Assembly: GCA_963826525.1 (NCBI GenBank)
Contig: CAWGXH010000004.1
Coordinates: forward strand, 832,001 to 896,000
Source of the DNA: an uncultured Methanomicrobiaceae archaeon
GTDB lineage: Archaea > Halobacteriota > Methanomicrobia > Methanomicrobiales > Methanoculleaceae
Length of the DNA: 64,000 bases
Direction of reading: 5' to 3'
The notes beneath the pieces were generated by a model that worked only from the letters and a program-made list of their open reading frames with translations, did not search any database and was not told the DNA's origin. Numbering within the stretch: the first letter of the stretch is position 1; each line of letters opens with the position of its first letter. Positions 39,656-50,638 of the stretch are shown piece by piece. Position numbers and translations under genes: made by a program.

Positions 39656-41266
39656 GTGATCAGATATCGAATGGAGCTCGTGATCGGGAAGATGGGAGAC
39701 CGCGAGATTGCGGTCGATGCCCAGGAACTTGTGACGGGGCGTACCTGCATCATCGCGCAGTCCGGGGCAGGAAAGAGCTGGAGCATTGCCGTTCTCTGCG
39801 AACAGCTCTGCAAGGCTGGTATCGGGTTCTGCCTCATCGATACGGAAGGGGAGTACAGCTCCCTGAAAGACCGGTTCGACCTGCTCTGGGTTGGTTCGGG
39901 CGACGACTGCGATGTGGATATCGAACGGGTCGACCTTCCGGAGCTGATGGGAAACGCCATCCGATCGGGCACTGCGGTGATCTACGACGTCTCTGAGACG
40001 GCTATGCAGGAGAAGGTTGCCGAGTTCACCACGGTACTCTACGATCTCGAATCAGGACTTCGAAAACCGTATCTGCTCATCGTTGAAGAGGCGGACAAGT
40101 TCATCCCCCAGTCGGGCGAGTCGATCAAGAAGATCGAGGAGATCTCCCGCCGGGGCAGGAAGCGGGGGCTCGGCCTTCTGGTCGCGACCCAGCGCCCGTC
40201 GCTCGTCGTCAAGAACGTCCTCTCGCAATGCAACAACCAGATTATCGGGAAGCTCTCCATCGAGAACGATCTCAAGGCGGTGAGTGTCTTCTTCGGGTCA
40301 CGAAAAGAGGTCGAAGAACTTTCGACGCTTGAACCGGGTGACTTTTTCGTGATGGGGGGAATTTCGCGGGAAAAGGTGAAGATGAAGTTTGCGGGACGGG
40401 AGACCGAGCACCGGGGACTGACCCCGACGCTTTCGCCTGCGAAGTCCAGCCGGCAGAAGAAGCCCCGCCCGCCGCCGGCACCGCCGGTTCAGGCAACCGC
40501 TCCACGTCCAGTGGCGACAGGGCCTTCCGGAGGCGAGGCAATCGTTCCCGTCCTGATCCGTGAAGAGGCGATCGATATCGCGAAGGGAAAACGAAGGCGT
40601 AGACTCCCGTTCCTCGAGCCTGAGGAGCGGATCGTTGCTGCGGAGACGGTCTACTGGCCGCTTGCACTCGTCGAGGTGCGGTACATCGGCGGCCTGCTGC
40701 GGAGATCGACCAAGGCCGCATCGTTCCTCATCGAGCTCGTCTCCGGGCAGTTCGCCTCGGTGAGCCGCGGCATGAAGATTATGCCCGGCGTCGCCGAGCT
40801 CGTGGGGCTTGACGAGACGGCGGTGAGAGCGATCGCCCACCTGCCGTCAGGGGGCTCGACGCTCCCCGAGATGGAGGCTGATCTCCGCCAGCCGCCCACT
40901 GTGGTGAAGAAGGCGGTGAAGGAACTTGAGAAGCGAAAGCTCGTCACCGAGGTGAGGGCGCCGGGCGAGGCAACCCTCTACATGCCGCTCCTGCTCCACG
41001 AGATTCCGCGGCTCTCGTCCCTGCGCCAGAGCCTGGAGGTGAAGACTGAACCGCTCCGGGAACCGGGAAGACCGGCAGAGATCCGCGAGGCCGACCTTCG
41101 TGGGCTCCTCAAAGCGATCGAGCCGACGCTCGAGATCACGGGGTGGAGGGCGGTCTACTATCCGGTCTACGAGATCCGGCTTGTTTCGTCGGACGGAGGG
41201 CGAACGCTCTTCCTCGACGGCATCTCCGGTAAGGAGCTGCCTCTCCCGCCCCGCCGGGAGCGCTGA
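39656..41266 (+). CDS. HerA/DUF87-family P-loop ATPase with C-terminal wHTH-containing region
   Basis: AQSGAGKS Walker A, IDTEGEY, LIVEEAD Walker B, RRGRKRG, ATQRPS; Pro-rich linker; helix-turn-helix-like segment. Confidence 0.85.
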   Translation: MIRYRMELVIGKMGDREIAVDAQELVTGRTCIIAQSGAGKSWSIAVLCEQLCKAGIGFCLIDTEGEYSSLKDRFDLLWVGSGDDCDVDIERVDLPELMGNAIRSGTAVIYDVSETAMQEKVAEFTTVLYDLESGLRKPYLLIVEEADKFIPQSGESIKKIEEISRRGRKRGLGLLVATQRPSLVVKNVLSQCNNQIIGKLSIENDLKAVSVFFGSRKEVEELSTLEPGDFFVMGGISREKVKMKFAGRETEHRGLTPTLSPAKSSRQKKPRPPPAPPVQATAPRPVATGPSGGEAIVPVLIREEAIDIAKGKRRRRLPFLEPEERIVAAETVYWPLALVEVRYIGGLLRRSTKAASFLIELVSGQFASVSRGMKIMPGVAELVGLDETAVRAIAHLPSGGSTLPEMEADLRQPPTVVKKAVKELEKRKLVTEVRAPGEATLYMPLLLHEIPRLSSLRQSLEVKTEPLREPGRPAEIREADLRGLLKAIEPTLEITGWRAVYYPVYEIRLVSSDGGRTLFLDGISGKELPLPPRRER

Positions 41267-41351
41267 CGGAACCAGAGTCTTTATCTGGAGATACGGGCAA
41301 ACAGCAGATTTACTGACCTGACCTGCGTCGGGTTACTGGAAGATGAGGTAT

Positions 41352-41519
41352 ATGGACAGATGGAAGTGCACAAAGTGCGGCTACGTCTACGATCCGGTAT
41401 ATGGCGACCGTGATGGTGGGATAGCGGCGGGAACGGCTTTTGAGGATATTCCCGGGACATGGAAGTGCCCCCGATGCGGCGTTGGGAAGAACAAGTTTGT
41501 GAAGATCGAACCGAAGTGA
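41352..41519 (+). CDS. rubredoxin (55 aa, below ORF-track cutoff)
   Basis: [19 protein letters not shown]...[23 protein letters not shown]; GAGGT RBS. Confidence 0.93.
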   Translation: MDRWKCTKCGYVYDPVYGDRDGGIAAGTAFEDIPGTWKCPRCGVGKNKFVKIEPK

Positions 41520-41532
41520 GAGGCAGGTCGGA

Positions 41533-41976
41533 ATGCAGAGAGCGCTGATCGGAACCATCGCGTTCTGTCTGCTCCTGCTACTCATCTGCGGTGCTGGGTG
41601 CATCGGGCCTCAGGCGCAACCGCCTGCACCGACGCCTGACTTTCAGGCAGAGTCGGTGGGGTACAACGACCGGATTATCTTTCAGTTCGTCCCGGATACC
41701 GGAACCCCTGCGACCTACTTTGTGACCTACGAGATCACGCGGAACGGCACCACGGTGAGGTCGGAGACGCAGAGCGTCTACAATGCCGTCGATCGGACCA
41801 CTCCGATCGTGTTCACCGTCCAGCGTGAACCCGGTGACTCCGTCGCGATCGAGATCACCATCTTCAATGCGGACGGACGGGAGGTCTACGCGAGCGAGAT
41901 CACGGTGCGGAGCGGCATGGGTGATGAAAGCGTCGTTACGGAGAGCGCCGTGACCTCGGGAAGGACACTTCCCTGA
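41533..41976 (+). CDS. putative lipoprotein
   Basis: Hydrophobic leader ending GAGC; beta-rich mature domain. Confidence 0.7.
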   Translation: MQRALIGTIAFCLLLLLICGAGCIGPQAQPPAPTPDFQAESVGYNDRIIFQFVPDTGTPATYFVTYEITRNGTTVRSETQSVYNAVDRTTPIVFTVQREPGDSVAIEITIFNADGREVYASEITVRSGMGDESVVTESAVTSGRTLP

Positions 41977-42038
41977 TCTCTTCTGCTCCTACCGATTCGT
42001 GGCAGGAATGTGATCGCAAAAGATCTGTTGTTCTCATT

Positions 42039-43089
42039 TTATGCGGCAAAGACATGAACGGCCGAGGCTTTGAACGTAGCGTAGACGTTTTCCCCCACCG
42101 CGAGGTTCATCGCGGCAACGCTCTGCGGTGTGAGCACGCCGATCAGAGGCTCCCCGATATCGATTATGATCCATGAGAACATCCCGTTTGGCCGGATATC
42201 AGTTATTACTCCCCGGTATGAGTTCCGTGCACTGGATATGATCGGTTCGGTCGAGATGATCACCTCTTCCGGCCGTATCCCGACGATGACCTCCCCCTCG
42301 ATATCGGTCAGTGCGGTGACGGTGATCCGTCCGAGGTCGATGGACGCCTCGGTACCGCGAACGGTTGAGATTCCCCTGACCATATTCTCCATCCCGGTGA
42401 AATTTGCGATGAATTCCGTATGCGGCCGCCTGAAGACCTCGTCGGGCGTCCCCACCTGGACGACCGTGCCGTTCTGCATCACGGCGGCACGATGAGCCAG
42501 CGCGAAGAGGTCTTCAAAGTGGTGAGTAATATGAATGACGGTGATCTTCGTCATCCGGTGGATCTGAATCAGTTCCCGGCGCAGCCGTTCCCGGGTGGTG
42601 GCGTCCAGTGCACTGAGCGGTTCGTCGAGGAGGAGAATCCTGGGTTTGATGATGAGGGCACGGGCGATTGCTGCCCGCTGCTGCTCTCCGCCGGAGAGCG
42701 TGCCCGGATACCGGTGGAGCAAGTGCCCGATACCAAGCATCTCCACCGCCTCCCTGACCTGTTCCCGGATTGCCGCCGGATCGATACTCCTCTGCCGGAG
42801 TCCGAATCCGATATTCTCCTCGACCGTCAGGTGGGGAAAGAGCATGTAGTCCTGGGTACACCATCCCCACTCCCCGCTCTTTCGGCTCCATCCGTGAGAT
42901 CTCATGCCCACCCATGGTGATGCTCCCCGCGTCGGGAGCGTGGATTCCCGCGATCGTTTCGAGGAGGATGGTCTTTCCGGCACCGGTAGGCCCAAGGATG
43001 ATGAAATACTCGCCGTCCTCGATGGAGAGGTTTACGTCGGTGAGGGAGAAACTGCCGAGGGTTTTAGCAAGTCCGGTAATCTGCAGCAT
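42039..43089 (-). CDS. modC: molybdate/tungstate ABC ATPase with TOBE domain (frameshift near 42855)
   Basis: GPTGAGKT, LSGGEQQR, LLLDEP, TFKASAVH. Confidence 0.88.
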
Positions 43090-43105
43090 TTGTGCCCCCC
43101 TACCC

Positions 43106-43919
43106 CTAGAGTATCCTCGTCCCGTCGCCGTAGCGCTCGAAGATCAGAAGCGAAGCGAGAGCAATACCGATAAGGATGATCGATGCGGCGATGGCCTCGT
43201 TCAGTTCCCCGGTGGATATGTTCATGTAGACGGCGATCGGCAGGGTTTCCGTCTTCATCGTTGTAGCCCCTGCCAGGAGAAGCACCGCCCCGAACTCCCC
43301 GATGGATTTTGACCAGGTGATGACCAGACCCGCAATCAGCCCTTTTGTTGCGAGGGGAAGCGTGACCTGCCGGAATGCGCCCCAGTCGGAGCACCCGAGT
43401 GTTCGGGCGACGTATTCGTAGCGGGGATTGATCATCTCGAAGGCGGAACGGGTGACCCGGATCATGTAGGGAACGTTCACGAAGAACTGCGCCACGACGA
43501 TGGCGGTGACGGTGTACACGATATCGATGCCTGAAGCCCGTAGCACCGTCCCGACGAGGGACGGGCCGAAGAAGATCAGCAGGGCAACACCCGCCACGAG
43601 CGGTGGGAGAGACAGAGGGAGATTCACGATGACGTTGGCAAGCGATTTTCCAGGGAACGAGAATCGGGTCATTGCATAGGCGACCGGAACTGCTATGAGG
43701 ACGCAGAGTGCGGTGGAGACGGCTGAAGTGACCAGTGAGAGGCTCGACGGCGAAGAGGATCTCCGGAGACGTGAGGCTCGCCATGAGGTGCGACAGCGGC
43801 GGATAGAGGGCGAGCCCGCCGATGACGGCGGCTATAAAGATGACCAGGGCAGCCGATATCGCAAGAAACGTTGTGGAAAAGATGGTTGAGCCGGTGAATC
43901 TCCAATGTAATCTGCCCAT
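43106..43919 (-). CDS. modB: molybdate ABC permease (frameshift near 43740)
   Basis: LPLSLPPLVAGVAL, AQFFVNVP, ARTLG, SIGEFGA. Confidence 0.88.
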
Positions 43920-44021
43920 ATGCCTAGCCCTGCAGCATTCTGCTTAGTTCTGCAATCCGGTCGCTGTGAGCCGGGGTGTGGGCTACTCCGGGGGCCATGC
44001 AGGGGTACTGCTCCCTGCCGC

Positions 44022-44838
44022 TCATGGTTCGATCCCTGCATACGTCGGGTCAGGGTAGGTCGGGAAGCCGTGTTTGGCGAATACTGCCTTTCCTTCGTCG
44101 GAGGCGACGAAATCAACAAACTGCCCGGCAAGATCCTGCTTCTTCGTGAAGGTGGTCGTGCCGATGGGAACGATCAGCGCCATGTTGTCCTCCAGCGGGA
44201 GCTGGATGGCCTCCATCGTTTCGAAGTTCATTTTATCGATGGTAATGAGCGTGGCGTCGGCGGTGCCCATGTTCATCGCTACGACGAGTTCGTTGATGGT
44301 GGGTGCGCGGAGGATGACATTCCCCTCAACTGCGTCCTCTATTCCATATTTTTTGAAGAGTTTGTCCCCTGCCTTGCCGATGGCGGTCTCATTGATTCCC
44401 CCGAGCGCAACCCTGATGCCGGGCATCGTGAAGTCCTCGATGGTCGTGATGTTTTCCGGATTGCCCTTTGCTACGGCGATCACGGGAACGTGGTAAGCGA
44501 CGTACTGCATCTGGTCGCTCACGAGACCCTTGTTCACGGCGATGGCATAGTCCGGTGTGCCTCCGGGAATAAAGACGTCGCCTTTGTGTGAGAGTTCCAT
44601 CTGCGTGATGAGAGACTCCGGAGCCTGCATAGGTGCACTCAATGGTAACGCCGTATTTTTCCCCGAACACGGAGCCGATCTCCTGCACTGGCGCTTTCAG
44701 TCCTGCGCCGGAATAGACGAAGAGTGTCTCGCCGGTGATCCCAGTGGTGACCGTCGGCTGCGTGCCGGTGCATCCTGCAAACAGGATACATCCGGCAAGG
44801 ATGACCATGAGAATAATAAGGGTGTTCTGTCGTTGCAT
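44022..44838 (-). CDS. modA: molybdate-binding lipoprotein (frameshift near 44615)
   Basis: LFAGC lipobox, GAGLK, YAGSG, GDVFIPG, KGNPENI, FAKHGF. Confidence 0.88.
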
Positions 44839-44913
44839 ATGAATCACGTCGAATGAAATCAATCTTACAATTTCATTTGGTGAAGGATGTCTATTAAAGT
44901 TTTATATTTATAT

Positions 44914-44934
44914 TTTACAATTTAGTGTTGTAAA
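44914..44934. promoter_or_regulatory. candidate operator upstream of modABC
   Basis: Perfect inverted repeat TTTACAA-N7-TTGTAAA; degenerate second box from 44864. Confidence 0.55.
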
Positions 44935-45328
44935 CCATTATTATTTAATTACGATTTCGATCCATTTGCCTTGCCGTTCAGGTCAAGACTACCCTTGCAT
45001 GCCCATTATCCGGGTCGAATCCGCTGGAATTTCAACCCTCACAGAAGCCCACAGACAGCCGATCCCGGGTCGAGGCAGGGGATCCCTCCTCCCCAAATTA
45101 CTGTCGCTCATATTGCCGTTATAACTCAATATTCTTGCCGTCTTTATGGAATCTGGGCGATATTATCCGGAGAATACTTTTGCTGAAATCCGGCACCTGA
45201 AGTCAGTGTTAAAATCGGAAAATAACGATAATCCGACCGCCCTTCAGGGCAGAGTGAGGGTGGTATCCCCTCACCCGGGTGCCGGAACACCGCCCGCCCC
45301 GGCCATCCCGAGCACCACCGTCAAGTGC

Positions 45329-45511
45329 CTACCTGCTTGAAACGGCGCCGGTTGACGATGACGCAGGCGATTTTATCACTCTGGAGGAACCGATGCCTCT
45401 CTGCATCCTGATTTCAGCGATGAATTCTTCGATGCGACCGTTGTCGATCTGCGCGGATTTTCCTTTATAAATGTTCAGACCGCTCACAGACAGCACTGCC
45501 GGGCTCTGCAT
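45329..45511 (-). pseudogene. possible N-terminal remnant of a tyrosine integrase at the tRNA-Ser 3' end
   Basis: IEEFIAEIRMQRGIGSSRVIK resembles, from recall, N-termini of methanomicrobial site-specific integrases; starts about 57 nt downstream of the tRNA. Confidence 0.35.
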
Positions 45512-45567
45512 GAAAGAGAGAACAGAAGAGAGTATGCTTTTTCAGCGACGGAAACCTGAATGATGAA

Positions 45568-45652
45568 CGCCGAGGGGGAGATTTGAACTCCCGAGGTGCC
45601 AAGCACCAGCGGCTTTCGAGGCCGCCGCCTTCCCGGACTAGACTACCTCGGC
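45568..45652 (-). tRNA. tRNA-Ser (CGA)
   Basis: GCCGAGGTAGTCTAGTCCGGGAAGGCGGCGGCCTCGAAAGCCGCTGGTGCTTGGCACCTCGGGAGTTCAAATCTCCCCCTCGGCG; long variable arm; G73. Confidence 0.93.
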
Positions 45653-45911
45653 TTACGTCACGGGCTTATTATTTTTCTCTTCGACACCTATAATGGTATC
45701 GAATTCGATGATCGCAGACTGATCATCATCCCCTGAAGGGTGCGTGCTCATCTACGCTGCCAGCATCGGCGAAACCTACGAAGAAGCCCTGCTCTCGTAC
45801 AGTATCAATTTCGCTACGGTTCTCATCTTCTCCGAGGGCAGGAGCCTTGCAGAGGGAAAAAATGAGGAAGGCGAAGTTGATATCTTCCTGACCGGATCTG
45901 CGTGGGTAAGA

Positions 45912-47511
45912 TTATCCCATCCCTGGAGCGCCGCTGCTTCCGGACTGGGTGATCATCATGTCGTCGACACGGATGAGCAGGCTTGCGGTCTCCGCGCCGC
46001 TCTTGATCGCCTGGGTCTTCACCCTGAGGGGCTCGATGACACCTGCAGCCTTCATATCGACAATCTCGCCGGTGTAGACGTCGAGGCCGGCATACCTGTT
46101 CCCTTCAGAGTGTGCCGTCTTGAGCGCCACCAGCTTGTCGATGGGGTCGAATCCTGAGTTTTCCGCGAGGGTGCGGGGGATGACTTCGAATGCGGATGCG
46201 AATGCTTCGATGGCGAGCTGGACACGTCCGCCGACGGTTGCCGCGTAGTCGCGGATGCGGAGCAGGAGTTCGGTCTCGACCGAACCGCCGCCGACGACGA
46301 ATTTTCCGTCTTCGAGGGCATCTTCAACGACACGGGCGGCGTCGTAGACCGCACGCTCAAGTTCGTCGAGGAGCAGGCTGGGTGCTTCCCCGCAGCAGGA
46401 TCGTGACGGCCTTTGCGTTCTGGCAGCCTGACAGGATGGTGAGGTCGGCATCGGCGAGCTCCCCCACTTTCTCGGCGCGGCCGAGCGTCTCGGAGGTGAG
46501 TTCGTCGGGTTTGTTGACAATCGTGGCGCAGGTCGCCCGGGCGGCGTACTTCAAGTCCTTCTCGGGGACGTTCTCAAATGCCATGACGCCCTTCTTGCCG
46601 AGGTAGAACTGCACGGCGTCTGCGATGCCCTTCTGGCAGAGCACGACGTTTGCGCCGGTTCCGACAATCGTGTCGGCGAGTCTCTTTAAGGCTTCCTGCT
46701 CCTGCTCGGAGAACGCCTTCACCTGGTCTGCGGAGGTGATCTTGATCTTGGCCTTCATCTGGGTCTTGGTGATCTCGAGCGGCGTCGCGATCAGAGCGAC
46801 CCGTGCATCCGTGACCGTGCGGGGCATCTGTTCGCTGACACGCTTCTTGGCGATGACGGTTCCGCGAATAGACTCGGCGTCGTCCATCCGCTCGCCGACC
46901 TGCGTCTTGATCATCACGTCGTCCTCATCGACGACGATCCTGCCGGCATCGGTCTTCTCCGCAACCTGTGTCACGGCGTCCACGACGATCTCACTGAGTT
47001 TTTCCTTCACTGCCTCGATGGACTTGCCGGTCATAGCGGTATCGGCGATCCTGATGAGGTTCTTGCGGTCGTCAAATCCGATCGTGATCGCAAGATCGTC
47101 GAGGATCTCCATAGCCTTGTTCATGCCGAGCAGGTAGCCGTGGGAGATGACGGTGGGGTGAATCTCCTGGGTGAGGAGCCCTTCCGCCGCTTCCATCAGG
47201 GAACCGACGAGGACGGTTGCGGTGGTGGTGCCGTCTCCGACTTCGTTATCCTGTGTCTCTGCGACCTCGACGACCAGTTTCGCAGCCGGGTGCTGCACCG
47301 ATATTTCATGAAGGATGGTCGCACCGTCGTTCGTGATCACCACGTCGCCGGAGGGGCTTACGAGCATCTTATCCATGCCCCGGGGGCCGAGCGTTGTGCG
47401 TACGGCGGCAGCGATAGCCTTCGCTGCCATAATGTTCGAGCGCTGAGCCTCGTGGCCACGAGTGCGCTCCACATTTTCCCGTAAAATAATAATGGGTTGT
47501 CCAGCAAGCAT
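45912..47511 (-). CDS. thermosome (group II chaperonin) subunit (frameshift near 46380)
   Basis: [45 protein letters not shown]. Confidence 0.95.
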
Positions 47512-47632
47512 CAATAAGTCCTCCTTTTACCGTAAGGTTTGAATTGAGGTTCTATATATGCATATCGATGGGGTGTCCACCATGCGGGGTGTGAGCAGCG
47601 GATGGAATACATCTGCACTATATCGGAGTCCT

Positions 47633-48253
47633 CTAGTCAAGTCTGGTGATCCTGAAGAGAGAATGCACCGGAACGCCTTCGATCTCCCGGAGACTGCGTT
47701 TGTCGAAGAGTACCCATATGGCAAGGGGCGTCGCCCCATGCCGGCGGAGATACTGGACAGCTTCGCTCAATGTCCTGCCGGTCGTGATCACGTCGTCGAT
47801 GATGATGCACCGCTGACCGTTCACGCCCGCAAAGGTTCCGGAAAGAGAGCCTGCCGGGTTCTCGCCGTGGCTGTGCTTGGCAGGATGGTAGATGGCAATA
47901 TTCAGCCCCTCCTCCGCGGCGATGAGCGTAGCAAGCGGCACTCCGGAGATTTCGACGCCGACGACCACATCGGGGAGTTCGGGGACGGTGCGGGACTGCC
48001 CCCGCCCGGCATCACCGAGGTACAGGAAGCGTTTGAGCATTACCATCCCCATATCGTTCAGCAGTGCCGCCTGTCCGCTCACCGTCGTCCAGTCGATATG
48101 GACGTCTTTCGGGACGTCGGCATCCTTCGGCTGAGTGAGCAGCCAGGTGACCGTCTCCATGGAGAGGCTCAGCTCGTCGGCGATCTGGTTCGGACTATGC
48201 GCCTCTGCCTGGAGTGTTTTTGCCTTTTTTATCATCTCATCGAGCGAGGACAT
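47633..48253 (-). CDS. gfcR: orotate phosphoribosyltransferase-like regulator GfcR
   Basis: N-terminal HTH QIADELSLSMETVTWLL; DVHIDW; PRPP motif IIDDVITTG. Confidence 0.85.
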   Translation of the reverse strand: MSSLDEMIKKAKTLQAEAHSPNQIADELSLSMETVTWLLTQPKDADVPKDVHIDWTTVSGQAALLNDMGMVMLKRFLYLGDAGRGQSRTVPELPDVVVGVEISGVPLATLIAAEEGLNIAIYHPAKHSHGENPAGSLSGTFAGVNGQRCIIIDDVITTGRTLSEAVQYLRRHGATPLAIWVLFDKRSLREIEGVPVHSLFRITRLD

Positions 48254-48274
48254 GGAAAAGAGATTTCCGGCGAT

Positions 48275-48730
48275 CTATTTAAGTTTTCTTTTAATTGCTG
48301 CCCCGCATACCGGGCACTCCCCCGCCTCGCGGTAGTACCGGCCGCACCCGCTGCACCGGAAGCGCCACCGGACCGGCCGTGCCGAACGCTGGTGGATGCT
48401 CCGGGTGGTGACCTTCAGGCGGTGGGCGACGTTCTGGATGGCGAAATCGTCGGTCACGAGCACGGCCGAGAGTTCAAGCGCCAGGGTGAGGATCTCCCGA
48501 TCGGTTCCGGAGAGCCTCTCCGCATCCCCGCATTCCGCTGCCGCCGTCTCCACCGCGCCGCGGTAGCGTTCGTCCGGCTCCCTGACGACGAGCCCCGTTG
48601 CCAGGAGCGCCTCATAGCGGCATTTCGATCGGAGATCGACGAGTTCAGCGACGACCGACGGGGTGGTGTACACCTCTCCGGTAACGGGAAGATCGGAGAA
48701 GAAGACCGAGGTATCGAGGACGGATATCAT
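48275..48730 (-). CDS. nob1: Nob1 endoribonuclease (PIN + zinc ribbon)
   Basis: VLDTS, LSGTD, TDDFAIQNVA, CSGC...CPVCG. Confidence 0.92.
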   Translation of the reverse strand: MISVLDTSVFFSDLPVTGEVYTTPSVVAELVDLRSKCRYEALLATGLVVREPDERYRGAVETAAAECGDAERLSGTDREILTLALELSAVLVTDDFAIQNVAHRLKVTTRSIHQRSARPVRWRFRCSGCGRYYREAGECPVCGAAIKRKLK

Positions 48731-49714
48731 GCTTCAAACCTAACGAGGGTGGTGCTCCTGCGGCAGCGGATGGGATACCCGAACTCTTCGAGGAGCCAGC
48801 AGACCGTCTCCGCGTGAAGCGAAAGCGTATGGGTGCTGTACGTACCGCCGTAGGTCGCGAGGTAGACGAGGAGCTGGTCGGCGAGATAGACGTCCACGGT
48901 CCCAGGCTGCTCCATCTCACGAAGCAGCCTCTTGGCGGCAGTTCTCCCGACATCCTCTGCGGGGAGGCCAGGCCTCCCGAGCGCACTGCCGCCCTTCGCC
49001 CCTGCCCAGACGGTGATCGAACTGCCGGTGCTCGCCCCATCTCTTCGTGCATCGAAGATGGCAGGAACTGCCGGCATCCCTGCTTCGGCAAGGAGGTCTC
49101 AGGGCAGCATCGGCCTGCCGGCGGATGACGTGGTCCGGGAGGTTGGCCGAGCAGGAAGCGATCCCGTAGGACAGGGCATCGCCAGCCGGCATTATCGGCG
49201 AGAGGCGTGATGGCTTGACGCTGACCGTGACAAGCCCGCCCCCGCGGGGGAAGTAGCCCCGCTCCGCTACCTCGATCCCGACGGCTGCCCCGTGGCACCG
49301 GAGCACGCCCGCAAGCAGATGGTCAACGTAATCGATCGTCGGGCTCCACGCCACCTCAGTCCCGCCCGTGACCGTCAGACTCCCACCGACAGAGAGTGCC
49401 ACCGGGAGCCAGGCCTGCAGGACGAGCGGGATGCTTCCCGCCGTATCAATCCGGACGGTGCTCTCCCTGTGGGTGGGCTTCCCGGGAGAGAAAACGAGCC
49501 TGTCGCTCCCTGGGGTGAGCCCTTCCGTCGTGGCGTCCGTAACCGCCGCCACCGCCTGCACCGCAGCGATATGCTGGGGGGCAAGTCCGGGGTTTTTCCT
49601 CCCTGCACGTATCCGCTCTATCGTAACCGGCGTTGCCGAGAGTGCCGAGAGTGCGACGGCGGCGCGGAGGATCTGGCCGCCCCCTTCGAGGTGCGATCCG
49701 TCGATAGTCAGCAT
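48727..49714 (-). CDS. rtcA: RNA 3'-terminal phosphate cyclase (frameshift near 49090)
   Basis: IDGSHLEGGGQILR, PGLAPQH, GGTEVAWSP, RGYFPRGGG, VDVYLADQL, SLHAET. Confidence 0.92.
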
Positions 49715-50557
49715 TGCCGGAGCCTTTCTGCGATTGCGCCTGCCGCGGAGATGCAACTCGTGGCGTTCTCGTAGGTATCGCTCGATGCGACCGAGGCGAC
49801 TCCTGCCGCCCGGAGTCGGGCATAGGCGCCGCTCGAGAGGACGCCGTGGACGCAGACGGCGTGAACAGCAGTTGCCCCCTGCCGGTAGAGCATCCCTGTG
49901 GCAGTGGCGAGCGTGCCCCCGGTGGAGATGATGTCGTCGACGATGACAACCTCACGGGATGCGGCGGGGAGTGTCTTTGGCTCCATCCTGACCGTATCTC
50001 CGGAGAGACGCGTCTTCTCGAGGTGATCGGTGTCCCACCCGCCGACAGCCGCTACGTCCGCCGCAAATCCTGCTGCACCGTCATCGGGCGCGAGGATCAG
50101 GGGATTTTTGATCCCGAGATTGCGGATATATCCGCCGACTGCCGGAGCGATGGAGATGTTCGTCGCCGGGGCATCGAAGTACCTGGAGTACTGCCGGATC
50201 GTGGATGTTCACAACGAAGATGCGATCGACACCCCGGGAGAGTGCCCGTGCGACTGCCCGGGCGCTGATCGGCTCTCCGGCCGTGAACCTCTTGTCCTGC
50301 CGGGCGTAGCCGAGGTAAGGGAGCACGAGTGTTATCCGGGACGTATCGCATGCGTCGATAGCAAGCAGGGTCTGCACGAGAGCATCGTTGTCGACGACGC
50401 TTGCGACGATGATCGTCTCCTCATCGATCTCCCCTGCTCGGAGGTACAATTCCCCGTCCGGAAAGCGGTTAAATTTCGTATCGAGAAGCTGATATCCCGT
50501 GATTTCCGAAACTCTTGCTGCAAGCACCTGAGACCGTTCTGTACTGATAATCTTCAT
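49708..50557 (-). CDS. prs: ribose-phosphate pyrophosphokinase (frameshift near 50180)
   Basis: RFPDGE, PYLGYARQDK, VDDIISTGGT, CVHG. Confidence 0.93.
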
Positions 50558-50638
50558 TCCTCACCTTTTGCTGAAAGTACTTAAACTATCATGAATAAAT
50601 TATATAAGTACCATGGCAGCAAAGAGGTAAACTCGACG

